A DNA stretch of 64,000 nucleotides, taken from Candidatus Sumerlaeia bacterium (GTDB lineage: Bacteria > Sumerlaeota > Sumerlaeia > SLMS01 > JAHLLQ01). The notes beneath the pieces are model-generated. The model did not search any database and was not told the DNA's origin. It was given only the letters and a program-made list of their open reading frames with translations. The stretch's first letter is position 1. The number at the start of each line of letters is the position of its first letter. The stretch spans positions 64,831 to 128,830 of the forward strand of contig JAHCAW010000004.1 of assembly GCA_019634695.1 (NCBI GenBank), in the 5' to 3' direction. The translations under genes and the position numbers were made by a program. Of the stretch, positions 34,552-44,164 are shown piece after piece.

Positions 34552-35567
34552 GGAAGAGCAAACAGGCGGCAACGATTCTCGTGGCATTGGCCATGGGCAT
34601 TCTCGGATGCGGAAAGGCACCAACGATGGACGAGCGGGGCAATGGGGCAGAGCGGCGGGACTGGGCAATTGCGCTGCACGGCGGCGCGGGCACGATCGGT
34701 CGCGGGGGAAGCGAGCAGATCGCCGCCGAGTATCGCGTGGCGCTGGCCGTGGCCCTCGAGGTCGGCGTCCGCATCCTGAACGACGGAGGCACGAGCCTGG
34801 ACGCCGTCGAGGCAGTCGTCCGCCATCTGGAGGACTCGCCGCTGTTCAACGCGGGCAAGGGCGCGGCGATCACGCGCGACGGCGAACACCAGATGGATGC
34901 CGCGATCATGGACGGCGCGACGCTGGACAACGGCGCCGTGGCGGCCGTGCGCTTCGTGCGCAACCCGGTCTCGCTCGCCCGCCACGTCATGACCTCCACG
35001 CCGCATGCGCTGATCTCCGGCCCGGGGGCCGAACAGCTTGCCGAGCAGGCCGGCATGCCGACCGAACCGGCCGAGTACTTTCACACGCCGATGCGCTACG
35101 AGCGGTGGCTTCGGATGAAGCAACGCGAAGCCGTCAGCTCCGAAGCCGGCGAAATCGAGAAGGGCACGGTCGGCGCCGTCGCGCTCGACCGTCACGGAAA
35201 CCTCGCCGCGGCCACGTCGACTGGTGGGCTCACGAACAAGCTGTCGGGTCGCATTGGTGACTCGCCCCTGATCGGCATCGGCACCTACGCCAACAACGCG
35301 ACTCTGGCGATTTCCTGCACGGGGCACGGCGAGGAGTTCATTCGTCGCACGGCGGCGTTCCGCGTCTCCGCGTTGATGGAGTACGGTGGGCTTGGCGTCG
35401 GCGATGCGCTGGCGGAGGTGGTGCACAAGCAACTGGCACCGGACAGCGGCGGTGCCGTCGCCGTCGATTCCCACGGCACCATCGCGATGGACTACAGCAC
35501 GCGCGGAATGTACCGCGGCGCCGCTGACTCCACCGGACGATTCGAAGTCGCCATCTGGGAAGAGTAA
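34548..35567 (+). CDS. Exported isoaspartyl peptidase / L-asparaginase (Ntn hydrolase, Asparaginase_2 family)
   Basis: Lipobox: LAMGILGCGK. WAIALHGGAG, and the autoprocessing site GTVGAVALDRHGNLAAATSTGG followed by GRIGDSPLIGIGTYAN. The start overlaps the previous stop (ATGA). Confidence 0.85.
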   Translation: MRKSKQAATILVALAMGILGCGKAPTMDERGNGAERRDWAIALHGGAGTIGRGGSEQIAAEYRVALAVALEVGVRILNDGGTSLDAVEAVVRHLEDSPLFNAGKGAAITRDGEHQMDAAIMDGATLDNGAVAAVRFVRNPVSLARHVMTSTPHALISGPGAEQLAEQAGMPTEPAEYFHTPMRYERWLRMKQREAVSSEAGEIEKGTVGAVALDRHGNLAAATSTGGLTNKLSGRIGDSPLIGIGTYANNATLAISCTGHGEEFIRRTAAFRVSALMEYGGLGVGDALAEVVHKQLAPDSGGAVAVDSHGTIAMDYSTRGMYRGAADSTGRFEVAIWEE

Positions 35568-35746
35568 GGGAGAAGAAGGCGGAGTGCTGAGGGCAAAGGG
35601 CGGTCAGCGCCCCGAGCTCCCGCGAGGTCGCGTGCCTGCGCCCTCCAAGTGCTCCTCGTCATCTGCCAACCAGTCCCTGTCATCCATGGCGACAGTCTCC
35701 GAGTTCCCAAACTCGTTCGATGTCCAATCTGATCCTGCACGAAGAA

Positions 35747-35786
35747 CGACCGCCGAAGCCCAAGGAGCGGGAGGCTTCGGCGGTCG
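35747..35786. terminator. Perfect 14-bp hairpin between convergent genes
   Basis: CGACCGCCGAAGCC-(12 nt)-GGCTTCGGCGGTCG. On the minus strand it is followed by TTCTTCGT, so it most plausibly terminates the gene ending at 35811. Confidence 0.55.
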
Positions 35787-35810
35787 GTGTTGAGGAGGGC
35801 GGGGCTGGGA

Positions 35811-37763
35811 TTACCGGTAGAGATTCCAGAGGGGGTCGGCGCTGGACTGGAAGCCCGCGGTGCCGATGACGTTGGCGGTGATCGTGCCCTGTCCGGGCGT
35901 GGTGGTCGTGATGGTCAGGGTGTCGGTCTGGGGGCCGGCGAGGTTCGTGGTGTCGAACTCGACCTCGAGGTCCAGGCTGGAGCGCGCCGGCAGGTTGATC
36001 GGGAAGCCGGTCGTCAGGAGCGTGAAGCCGCTGCCGCCGCCCAGCGATGCGGAGTTGATCGTCGTGGCGAGCGTGCCCTCGTTGACGATCGTGTAGGTCT
36101 CGGTCGCGGTGGTGTCGAACTGAACGGCGCCGAAATCAAGCACGCCGGCGTTCGGTGCCAGTCGGTGGAAGGGGCTGGCGAAGTCGTTGTAGACGGCCGT
36201 GAAGAGATCGAAGGCGGACGGGTGGTCGTCGAGGCTGTAGAGACCAAAGTGGTCCATGCTGACGGCGGCCTGCCAGGGGAGCTGGGCGGAGCGGATAACG
36301 GCCCCGAAGCCCGCGCGGCGCACGATGTTCGTGCGGACATTGGCGCGGGGTTCGTTCGTCGTCGCATCCAGAAGCGTCGTGACGTCCACAAGCAATTCCG
36401 TGTCGCCCGTGTCGGGATCGACCACCCACCAGGTGGCGCGCGGTTCGCCGATGGTCAGCGACGGCGTGATGCGGCCGACGAGCACGCGCCACTTGCCATC
36501 GTTCCAGTTGTTCACACTGTTCGCGTTGAACGCGTCCTGGCTGAGGACGACGGTCACCCAGCCGTTGTCGGCGGACATGCGCAGGGTGCCGTCGAAGACT
36601 TGCAGGCCGGCGAGCTGCGCGCCGCCGGAGGTGCCCGACGTGTTGGTGGTCAGCAGGAACAGGTCGATGTTGTTGAGCAGGTTGTCACTGCCGCTCAGGT
36701 TGTCGACGCGCAGGGCGAAGGCCATCTGGATGGTCTCCTCGGTGCCTTCGAGACCGCCGGGTTCGACGACTTCGAGGATCGAATCGACGCTGGAGTTCCA
36801 GGTGATGTAGCGCGGGTCACCGCCCTGCGGGAAAGCCTGCGGGGCGTTGTTCTGGACCGACGGAGGCGGCGAGGCGCTGAAGATGCGGGTCTGGAAGTAG
36901 GAAGTGCCCGTGAGGGTGGAGGTGCCGGTCAGAGGATCGGTGTTGGTCAGGTTCTCGAAGGTCTCGATTCCGGGGACCTCGGGATCGGGGTCGGGCGGCG
37001 GCGGGGGAGCGGTTGTGTTGCTGGCTCCCGGCGTGACGGCCTGCGGATGCGTCGGGTAGTTGCCGGTCGTGGCCGGAAACTCGTAGGGGACCCAGTTGCC
37101 GGTGCCGTCGACATCGCGATAGGCGCCGTTGCCTTCGCCGCCCTCCGAGTTCCAGCCGATGAAGGTGGCGGATTCAGTGGCGACGTCGATCCAGCGTCCG
37201 TTGTTGTCGACCGTCGGCGGATTGTGGTCATTGAAGAACGACTGGCTGATGCGGTAGGCCTTGTCGATGATGTCGGCGCCGTTGTTGAACTCCGCTCCGG
37301 TGAAGCGGTAGGTCGTCCCGGCGGTGCTGGTGCTGACGGTCCAGGAGTTGTCGATCGAGGCGGTCGGCACGAGGTAGAACTCCTCGATGCCGTTGGGGCG
37401 GTGGATCTGGCTCGCCTCGGTCTGGTCGGCGGGTGCGGGTGGCGCCTGGATGGTCGCGTCGTTGGTTGTGTAGGTGCTGCTGCCAACGAGGTAGAAGTTC
37501 CCCGTCGCGGTGCCATTGAGGTCGACTCGATAGGCGAACATGTACGGCGGCGTCACGGATGTGCGCACGACGACGATGGACAGTCCGGTGATCGACTGGT
37601 TGGCGACCGGGTGATGGAGTTCGATGAACTGGCCGCGCAGGGCGGCGGTGCCGGTGGTGCGTCCGAACTCGTTGAAGCGCCAGCCGTCGAGCTGGGCGTG
37701 GACGGTGCCGGTGGCGAGCAGCAGGCCGGCGAGTCCGAGGGCGAAGCGTTTGGTGAGGGCCAT
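35811..37763 (-). CDS. Secreted hypothetical protein (~650 aa; possible N-terminal LTD-like and C-terminal Ig-like/choice-of-anchor-type region)
   Basis: Signal peptide: LGLAGLLLATGTVHAQ. It shows consistent coding composition and a Pro-rich linker (PPPPPDPDPE). The start was trimmed to ATG 37763 from track ORF 35811..38513. Domain calls are weak. Confidence 0.55.
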   Translation of the reverse strand: MALTKRFALGLAGLLLATGTVHAQLDGWRFNEFGRTTGTAALRGQFIELHHPVANQSITGLSIVVVRTSVTPPYMFAYRVDLNGTATGNFYLVGSSTYTTNDATIQAPPAPADQTEASQIHRPNGIEEFYLVPTASIDNSWTVSTSTAGTTYRFTGAEFNNGADIIDKAYRISQSFFNDHNPPTVDNNGRWIDVATESATFIGWNSEGGEGNGAYRDVDGTGNWVPYEFPATTGNYPTHPQAVTPGASNTTAPPPPPDPDPEVPGIETFENLTNTDPLTGTSTLTGTSYFQTRIFSASPPPSVQNNAPQAFPQGGDPRYITWNSSVDSILEVVEPGGLEGTEETIQMAFALRVDNLSGSDNLLNNIDLFLLTTNTSGTSGGAQLAGLQVFDGTLRMSADNGWVTVVLSQDAFNANSVNNWNDGKWRVLVGRITPSLTIGEPRATWWVVDPDTGDTELLVDVTTLLDATTNEPRANVRTNIVRRAGFGAVIRSAQLPWQAAVSMDHFGLYSLDDHPSAFDLFTAVYNDFASPFHRLAPNAGVLDFGAVQFDTTATETYTIVNEGTLATTINSASLGGGSGFTLLTTGFPINLPARSSLDLEVEFDTTNLAGPQTDTLTITTTTPGQGTITANVIGTAGFQSSADPLWNLYR

Positions 37764-37825
37764 CTTGCGTCTCCTGAGGGTGGGAGTGGGTTTGCGGTCG
37801 AGGGTTCCGGGGTGGTGTTGGCGAG

Positions 37826-38974
37826 CTACGCGGGCTGTTTGGCGAAGGGAACGGGCACCAGTCCGGCGCGGCCCTTCATGAGGTACCGGGTGTAGTCGTG
37901 CGGGATGATCGGGCGAGGTTGCGTGCCCGCGCCGCAGGCGCGACCGAGCGCGGCGATCATGGCAACGAGCGCCTCGGCATCGGCTACCGACACCATCTCG
38001 GTGGCGATCAAACCCGAGGAGAAGTCCTGGTTGTGATAGTGGCGCACGGGCATGCAGACCCCGCCGGCTCGCAACCCGGCGCGCGCCAGCGGCGTGGCCT
38101 CGCAGGTGCCCTTGTCCATGAGTGCGCGGCGGGCGTTGATCTCCTGGGCGCCGGTCAGGCCCCACAACAGGTCCACGAGGGCGCCGTCGAAGGTGGTGGA
38201 CCGGTCGCCGCACCGGATGATGGCTCCCTCTCCAGCGACCACGGGGCCGACCTCGCCGCTGGTTTCGACCGACAGAAACAGCGCGTCGGGATTCACCAGC
38301 GAGGCGAAGTCGGGGTCCTCGATCAGGCAGAGCAGGCCGCAGAATCCGGCCTCCTCGGCACGCGTGAAGATCAGCGTGAAGTCGAGCGGGGCGTCGTCGG
38401 ACTCGGCGAGTCGGCGCAGAGCCTCGATCATCGCCGCGCATCCGGCCAGGTCGTCGCACGCGCGCGAGCGCAGGAAACCATCCTCGCCGACACGAAACGC
38501 CGGCAGATCCCACATGCCCAGGACGGCGCCGTCGATGGATTCCCCGGACTCGAAGACCACGAGACGATTGCCGGTCTCGGGCAGGTCTTCGCTCACCTCG
38601 ACGATGCGGGCGGGCACGCCCTCGTCGTCGCGCGAGCGGAAGAAGCGCACGGCCGCGCCGGGAAAGAAGCGCGTCATGACCCTGCCCTCGAAGCGGGCGT
38701 GGAACGTCGAATCGTGTCCGTTGCGATACGGGCCGTCACCGTCGAAGACGAAGCCCGGGTGGTCCAGATGCGCCACGAAGATGACCGGCGCGCCGACGGA
38801 CTCGCCTCGCGCCAGCCGGGCGATTCGGTTGCCGAAGGCGTCGCACCGGACCTTCACGCCCGGGATCGTGGCTAGCAGGCTGTCGAGCTCGCCGCACATC
38901 CAGTGCTCGCGGAAAGGCGCCGTCGGCACCCGCATCAGGCGCTCCGCGATCGTCAGGTACTGACTGTTGTTCAT
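37826..38974 (-). CDS. Metallopeptidase-like protein (M42/M28-type aminopeptidase fold)
   Basis: The motif VIFVAHLDHPGFVF resembles the M42 AHxDExGF metal site, but with His in place of Glu. Length is ~382 aa. The start was trimmed to ATG 38974. The family assignment is tentative. Confidence 0.5.
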   Translation of the reverse strand: MNNSQYLTIAERLMRVPTAPFREHWMCGELDSLLATIPGVKVRCDAFGNRIARLARGESVGAPVIFVAHLDHPGFVFDGDGPYRNGHDSTFHARFEGRVMTRFFPGAAVRFFRSRDDEGVPARIVEVSEDLPETGNRLVVFESGESIDGAVLGMWDLPAFRVGEDGFLRSRACDDLAGCAAMIEALRRLAESDDAPLDFTLIFTRAEEAGFCGLLCLIEDPDFASLVNPDALFLSVETSGEVGPVVAGEGAIIRCGDRSTTFDGALVDLLWGLTGAQEINARRALMDKGTCEATPLARAGLRAGGVCMPVRHYHNQDFSSGLIATEMVSVADAEALVAMIAALGRACGAGTQPRPIIPHDYTRYLMKGRAGLVPVPFAKQPA

Positions 38975-39015
38975 GCGTGTTATCCTGCCTCTTCGAGGCT
39001 CCGTGGTCTCGGTAC

Positions 39016-39708
39016 TCACTGGCCGGTGTAGGTGCCGACCGTCTGCTTTTGGGTGCGGGTGATGCTGCCCAGCGACACGGTGCCGTTCGTCGGGTCGTAG
39101 GGGAGCATGACGGAATGCCCGAGCAGGGTCGGGTGCGAGACGAGCATGCGCTGGCGGCCCGGCCCCAGCGAGGCGAGCACCCACATGCCCTGGATGTTGC
39201 GGGCGGCGATGGCGCCGTCGGTGTCAGGGTGGAAGCTGACGCGCCGATAGTCCATGTTGCACTGGTAGTAGTAGCGCTTGCCTGCGTGCGCGTCGCCGCC
39301 CGGATCCAGCGGATAGCCTGCCAGCGGGCCGTAGGGGACGACCTCGCCCGTGCGCGTCAGTCCCTGGAAGTCGCCCAGATTGGGCATGATGAACGGGTCG
39401 GGGAAGTTGGCCGTCGAGACATAGGCAATGGGGGTGCTCAGGTGATTGGGCACCACGCGCAGGACCCCGACGTCGCCCTGCGAGACGAATGGCGTCGGCG
39501 GATACTGAGGGTTGTCGATGCGGTAGGCTTCCAGAGCCGTGGCAAGGCTGCGCATGTCGGAGTGCGCCCGGCTGACCTTTGAACGGACCTGGGCCTCCAG
39601 GAAGTTCGGGACCGCGATCGCCGCCAGAATGGCGATGATCGCCACGACGATCAGGAGTTCGATGAGGGTGAAGGCGCGCGTAGGGGAATGGAGGGGATGC
39701 GATCGCAT
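39016..39708 (-). CDS. GspG-like pseudopilin, paralog of 29336..30073
   Basis: ...PTRA/FTLIELLIVVAIIAILAAIAVPNFLEAQVRSKVSRAHSDMRSLATALEAY. The N-terminal 55 aa are nearly identical to the other pseudopilin at protein level but diverge at synonymous sites. Confidence 0.85.
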   Translation of the reverse strand: MRSHPLHSPTRAFTLIELLIVVAIIAILAAIAVPNFLEAQVRSKVSRAHSDMRSLATALEAYRIDNPQYPPTPFVSQGDVGVLRVVPNHLSTPIAYVSTANFPDPFIMPNLGDFQGLTRTGEVVPYGPLAGYPLDPGGDAHAGKRYYYQCNMDYRRVSFHPDTDGAIAARNIQGMWVLASLGPGRQRMLVSHPTLLGHSVMLPYDPTNGTVSLGSITRTQKQTVGTYTGQ

Positions 39709-40022
39709 TGAGGGATGACTCCAGAGAAGTCAGGGGTGCCGGTGAGGGGCGGCGCTCCTGCCGAAAAGCCGGACGAACTCGAGGCTGCACCCATTCATAG
39801 CGAGAGAGTTGCAATCCTCCTAGCGCTCGTGCTTCGGTCATAAAAAATCTTCCTTGGTTTGCGACTTCACCTCCCTGCCCCGGGCGGACGATTTTCGCCC
39901 CCCGGCATCGCGTTCCTTCTTGCATCGATGCCACGCCGCCGCCAACACTCGCAAGTTGCCTCCCCACTTCCCTGATCGGATGGTTGCCCGGCGTGTTTTC
40001 GATCAATGCAACGAATTCTTCG

Positions 40023-41513
40023 ATGACCCCCTCACGGCGGACGGGAATCCTCGCGGCGCTGCTGCTCGGCGCCTGCCTGTCGCAACTGCCCGCCCAAACC
40101 CTTCTTCCCAGCGTCGAGGAGACGACCGTGACCTTCTCCCATGACACGGTGACCGCCTACCTCGAGCAGGCCGCCGCGGCGCCCCACATCGAGGTCACCG
40201 TCGAGGGCACCAGTCTTCAGGGCCGTCCGATCCATCTCGTGCGGGCCCGCCATCCCGGCACGGACCCGACGTTCCGCATTCTCTTCTTCGGCCTCCAGCA
40301 CGGCGACGAAATCGCCGGCAAAGACGCCCTCGTCCACCTCATCCGGCGCATCGAAACCAAGCCCGACCTGCTGCCCCGCCATGTGGACCTGTACGTGATG
40401 CCTTCGCTGAACCCCGACGGCGGCGAGGCCGGCACGCGCACCAACGCGGCCGAACGCGACCTGAACCGCGATCACCAGTGGCTGCACGAGCCCGAAACAC
40501 AGGCCCTGCACCGCGTCGCCCGGCGCATTCGACCGCACCTCGCCGTCGACGCCCACGAGTACGGGCGCGACCCCGCGCGCTATCGCCAGCGCGGCTGGAT
40601 GCGCTGGCCCGACATCATGATGGACACCGCCGGACATCCGGCCTTCGACCAGACAATCTATCAGGCCGGGCTGCGTTGGGTGGACAGCGCAACCGCCGAC
40701 CTTGCCGCCCGCGGCCACACCTACAGCCGCTACTACGTCGGCGGACCGCCCCCCGACGCCGAGCTGCGCTTCAGCACACTCGAACTCGACGACGCCCGCA
40801 ACGGCCTCGGCACCTACGGCGGACTCTCCTTCATTATCGAGTCCGGGCGCCGCTCCGGCCCCAACGCCGATGCCGACCTGCCCAAGCGCATCGATGCCTA
40901 CCTCGTCCTGCTCGAGCGATTCCTGACCCAAACCGAGTGGCACGAGTCCGACCGTCAGGCCGTCGAGCAATCCCGCTCGGCACCGCTGCCCGCCTTCCTT
41001 CCCACCAACTCGTTCTGGGGCAACGTCGGCCTCGTCGAGACCGACTATCCGGTGCTCGACATCGCGACCGGCGAAACGGTCCGCGTGCGCACCGCGAACT
41101 TCATGACCGAGCGCATCGTCAAGAGCACCGTCCCCACCCCACAGGCCTATGCCATCGCCCCCGAGGCGGCCGCCGTGCTCGGCGCGCTGCTCGATCGCCA
41201 TGGCATCGCGCATCGGGTGCTGGCCGAACCGCTCGAGCGCGTCGTCGAATCCGTCCGCCTGGTTTCCATCGACGATGCGGCGGATCCGCTGTACAACCGC
41301 TTCAGTGGTCGCCAGATGACCGAGCGCGGCGCTCCTGCGTCGCGCATGCTTGACGCCGGCACCCTGCTCGTCGACCTCGAAGGCCCCGACGCTCTGCGTG
41401 CCGCCCTGCTGCTCGAGCCCACAATGCTCTACGGCATCTACAAGCATGAAACGTATCGCGCGCTTGTGGCCTCCGACGGCACGATGCCCGTGCTGCGTGT
41501 CCTTGCCAAGTGA
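40023..41513 (+). CDS. Secreted M14-family zinc carboxypeptidase
   Basis: Signal peptide: ILAALLLGACLSQLPAQ. M14 motifs: FFGLQHGDEIAG, SLNPDGGE, RTNAAERDLNRDH. The start was chosen at ATG 40023; the track start is 39984. Confidence 0.75.
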   Translation: MTPSRRTGILAALLLGACLSQLPAQTLLPSVEETTVTFSHDTVTAYLEQAAAAPHIEVTVEGTSLQGRPIHLVRARHPGTDPTFRILFFGLQHGDEIAGKDALVHLIRRIETKPDLLPRHVDLYVMPSLNPDGGEAGTRTNAAERDLNRDHQWLHEPETQALHRVARRIRPHLAVDAHEYGRDPARYRQRGWMRWPDIMMDTAGHPAFDQTIYQAGLRWVDSATADLAARGHTYSRYYVGGPPPDAELRFSTLELDDARNGLGTYGGLSFIIESGRRSGPNADADLPKRIDAYLVLLERFLTQTEWHESDRQAVEQSRSAPLPAFLPTNSFWGNVGLVETDYPVLDIATGETVRVRTANFMTERIVKSTVPTPQAYAIAPEAAAVLGALLDRHGIAHRVLAEPLERVVESVRLVSIDDAADPLYNRFSGRQMTERGAPASRMLDAGTLLVDLEGPDALRAALLLEPTMLYGIYKHETYRALVASDGTMPVLRVLAK

Positions 41514-41534
41514 CCTCCAACGAAAGGCCCGACC

Positions 41535-43007
41535 GTGAGCCATTCGCCTTCCAGCCAGCCCCTCGGCCATCGTGAACCCACGCTGCTCGAGGCCCTGATC
41601 CCGGTCGCCGCCATGATTACCTTCCTGGGCGTCGGCTACGGCCTCCTTGGTATCCGCATCGAGCTGCTGCTCATCGCCTCCGCGATGGTGACGGGCATGA
41701 TCGCCTGGCGGCTCGGCATGACGTGGGGCCAGATGCAGGAGGGCATCGTCGAGAGCGTCTCGAAGGCCATGCCTGCGATCCTGATCGTCATCGTGGTCGG
41801 GGCGCTGATTGCCTCGTGGTTGGTCGCCGGCACGATTCCCTACATTGTCCATCACGGCCTGCGACTGATCTCGCCCACGTGGTTTCTCGTGACGGCCTGC
41901 TTGTTGTGCAGCCTCGTGTCGCTGGTCATCGGCACGTCGTGGGGCACCATCGGCACGGTGGGCGTCGCCTTGATCGGCATCGCGGAGGGTCTCGGTGTTC
42001 CGCTGGCTCCCGCGGCCGGCGCCATTGTTGCCGGTGCCTATTTTGGCGACAAGCTCTCGCCCTTCTCCGACACGACGAATCTCGCGCCCATCGCGGCGCG
42101 CTCCAACCTGTACGATCACATCGGGCACATGTTGTGGACCACGACGCCCGCCTGGCTGCTCGGCATGGTGGTCTACATGATCGTCGGGCGCGGCTCGGGC
42201 AACGTCGCCGAGTCCGCCTCCGTCGTCGAGCTGTCCACGGCGATCGAGACGCACTTCAATCTGCACGTCGTGTTGCTGCTGCCCGCGCTGATCACGCTGG
42301 TCGCCGCGGTGCTCAAGAAGCCGGTGATTCCCGGCATGCTGCTCTCGATCGTCGTGGCACTGGGCCTCTCCTTCCTGATGCAGGATCTCGACGAGCGCGT
42401 GCTCGGCGCAGCGGGCCGTTGGGAACAGGGCCATCCGTCCTGGGTGCGCACGACGCGCACGCTGGTCTTCGGCGTCAAGCCCGCCACGGACAGCACGGCG
42501 CTCAACAGCATCCTGGGCCGCGGCGGCATGGAGTCCATGATGGGCACCACGCTGATCGCGCTCTGTGCGTTCGCCTTTGCCGGCATCGCCAGCCGCGCCG
42601 GCATGCTCGCCGTCATCCTGCGCGCCCTCAGCCGCATCGCCCGCACCACCGGCCAGCTCGTCGCCGCCACCGTCGCCTCCTGCCTGACCGTCGCCGGCAT
42701 CACCGGCAACTCCTACCTGTCGATCCTCGTTCCCGGCGAACTCTTCGCCGACGCCTACAAGGAGCGTGGTCTGGCGGCCAAGAACCTCTCCCGCACCACC
42801 GAGGACTCCGGAACCGTCGTCGTGCCCCTCATCCCGTGGAGCATCGCCTCCGTTTTCATCTTCAGCGTCCTCGATGTCCCGGCGACGCAGTACGCCCCAT
42901 GGGCCATCATGTGCTATGCGGGCTTCGTGATCGCCCTGATCTACGGCTTCACGGGCTTCAAGATCGCCCCCCGCACGCGCGACGACGAGACCATCCCGGG
43001 CAGTTGA
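41535..43007 (+). CDS. nhaC: Na+/H+ antiporter, NhaC family
   Basis: Polytopic membrane protein with NhaC signatures: GTSWGTIGTVGVALIGIA, AGAYFGDKLSPFSDTTNLAP, SGTVVVPLIPW. Confidence 0.85.
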   Translation: MSHSPSSQPLGHREPTLLEALIPVAAMITFLGVGYGLLGIRIELLLIASAMVTGMIAWRLGMTWGQMQEGIVESVSKAMPAILIVIVVGALIASWLVAGTIPYIVHHGLRLISPTWFLVTACLLCSLVSLVIGTSWGTIGTVGVALIGIAEGLGVPLAPAAGAIVAGAYFGDKLSPFSDTTNLAPIAARSNLYDHIGHMLWTTTPAWLLGMVVYMIVGRGSGNVAESASVVELSTAIETHFNLHVVLLLPALITLVAAVLKKPVIPGMLLSIVVALGLSFLMQDLDERVLGAAGRWEQGHPSWVRTTRTLVFGVKPATDSTALNSILGRGGMESMMGTTLIALCAFAFAGIASRAGMLAVILRALSRIARTTGQLVAATVASCLTVAGITGNSYLSILVPGELFADAYKERGLAAKNLSRTTEDSGTVVVPLIPWSIASVFIFSVLDVPATQYAPWAIMCYAGFVIALIYGFTGFKIAPRTRDDETIPGS

Positions 43008-43092
43008 TCCGCATTCCCCGCTTTACTCGGGCCCTCTGCCGGTGTAATCGGAAACTGGATAGCGAAGCACCGATCTGCCCGGGGATCCCCAC

Positions 43093-44082
43093 ATGAATCG
43101 CAAACAGATCGAAGCCCTCATCTACGTCAACCGGCACGGTACCTTCAAGAAGGCGGCCGAGGCCATCTACTTCGAGTCCGCCGGCGACGAGTACATCACT
43201 CCCGAGTCGATCCAGTATCGCGTCAAGCAACTCGAGCAGGAACTCGGCGTCACGCTCTATCGCAAGAAGCAGGGCAGCACCCAGGTGCGCATCACGCGCG
43301 AGGGCCAGCTCTTCCTCAAGGAGGCCGTCGACGTCTACTCCCGCATGATGGAGTGGCGCGACCTCTTCCTCGAGCGGCCCGGTGGCCTGCTCACCCTCGC
43401 GGCCACGCAGACCGTCCTGATCAACCGCATCCACGGTGTCATCGAGCGCTACCACCGGCTCTATCCCGACGTCACCATCCGAGCGCACAACTCGCACGGC
43501 CTCGAGATGGAGCAGATGGTGGCCGAGGGACGAATCGACTTCGCGATCTCCACGCGTCCGCCGTCGGACTCCGACCTCGAGTACGTGCTGTGGATGCGCA
43601 CCGATCTGGTCGTGGTCACTCCGAAGGGGCACCCCCTGACCAAGAAGAAGAAGGTGACGGTCGAGGAGGTGGCCGAGTATCCGCTCGTCCTGCTCGAGCC
43701 CGAGCCGCACAGCGACCGCGAGAAGCTCGACCAGGCCTTTCGCGACAAGGGCATCCGGAAGCTGAACATCGTCTTCGAGACCTCCAACTCCGAGATCCTC
43801 CTCGCCTACGTGGAGTCCGGCATGGGCGTCACGATCACCTCGGAAACGTCGCTCGTGCGCAACCAGCGCAAGGTCGACCATGTGCCGCTCGCCGACAACA
43901 TCGGCCGCAGCGAGGTCGGCGTGCTGGTGCGCCGAGGCCAGTATCTGCCGGGCAAGGTGCGCGAGTTCCTGCGCCTGCTGGACCCCCGGATCGACGAGTG
44001 GCTGCGCCAGCGCGACACCGAGACTGTGGAGGCGCCGTCCGAACCGCGCATGCGCAAGCGCCGGCCCCGGCTGCCTGGCTGA
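43093..44082 (+). CDS. LysR-family transcriptional regulator
   Basis: N-terminal wHTH (LIYVNRHGTFKKAAEAIY...VKQLEQELGVTLYRK) plus a LysR substrate-binding-type C-terminus. Confidence 0.8.
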   Translation: MNRKQIEALIYVNRHGTFKKAAEAIYFESAGDEYITPESIQYRVKQLEQELGVTLYRKKQGSTQVRITREGQLFLKEAVDVYSRMMEWRDLFLERPGGLLTLAATQTVLINRIHGVIERYHRLYPDVTIRAHNSHGLEMEQMVAEGRIDFAISTRPPSDSDLEYVLWMRTDLVVVTPKGHPLTKKKKVTVEEVAEYPLVLLEPEPHSDREKLDQAFRDKGIRKLNIVFETSNSEILLAYVESGMGVTITSETSLVRNQRKVDHVPLADNIGRSEVGVLVRRGQYLPGKVREFLRLLDPRIDEWLRQRDTETVEAPSEPRMRKRRPRLPG

Positions 44083-44164
44083 ACGGTACGCGCGCCCGCT
44101 TTCAGGTTGATCCCCGCCTGTCCCCGCCGCGCGAATTGATTGGCCCGCACGTCGCGGCGTCGTC

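Noticed and set aside
35787-37895. 702-aa plus-strand ORF opposite the 650-aa secreted protein gene
   Set aside because: The translation is low-complexity and Gly/Arg/Asp/Val-rich, with no start context. The minus-strand frame has a signal peptide and normal composition.
40032-42434. 800-aa minus-strand ORF across the M14 peptidase and nhaC genes
   Set aside because: It spans two unrelated, well-supported plus-strand genes and their intergenic gap. Its composition is typical of an antisense shadow.
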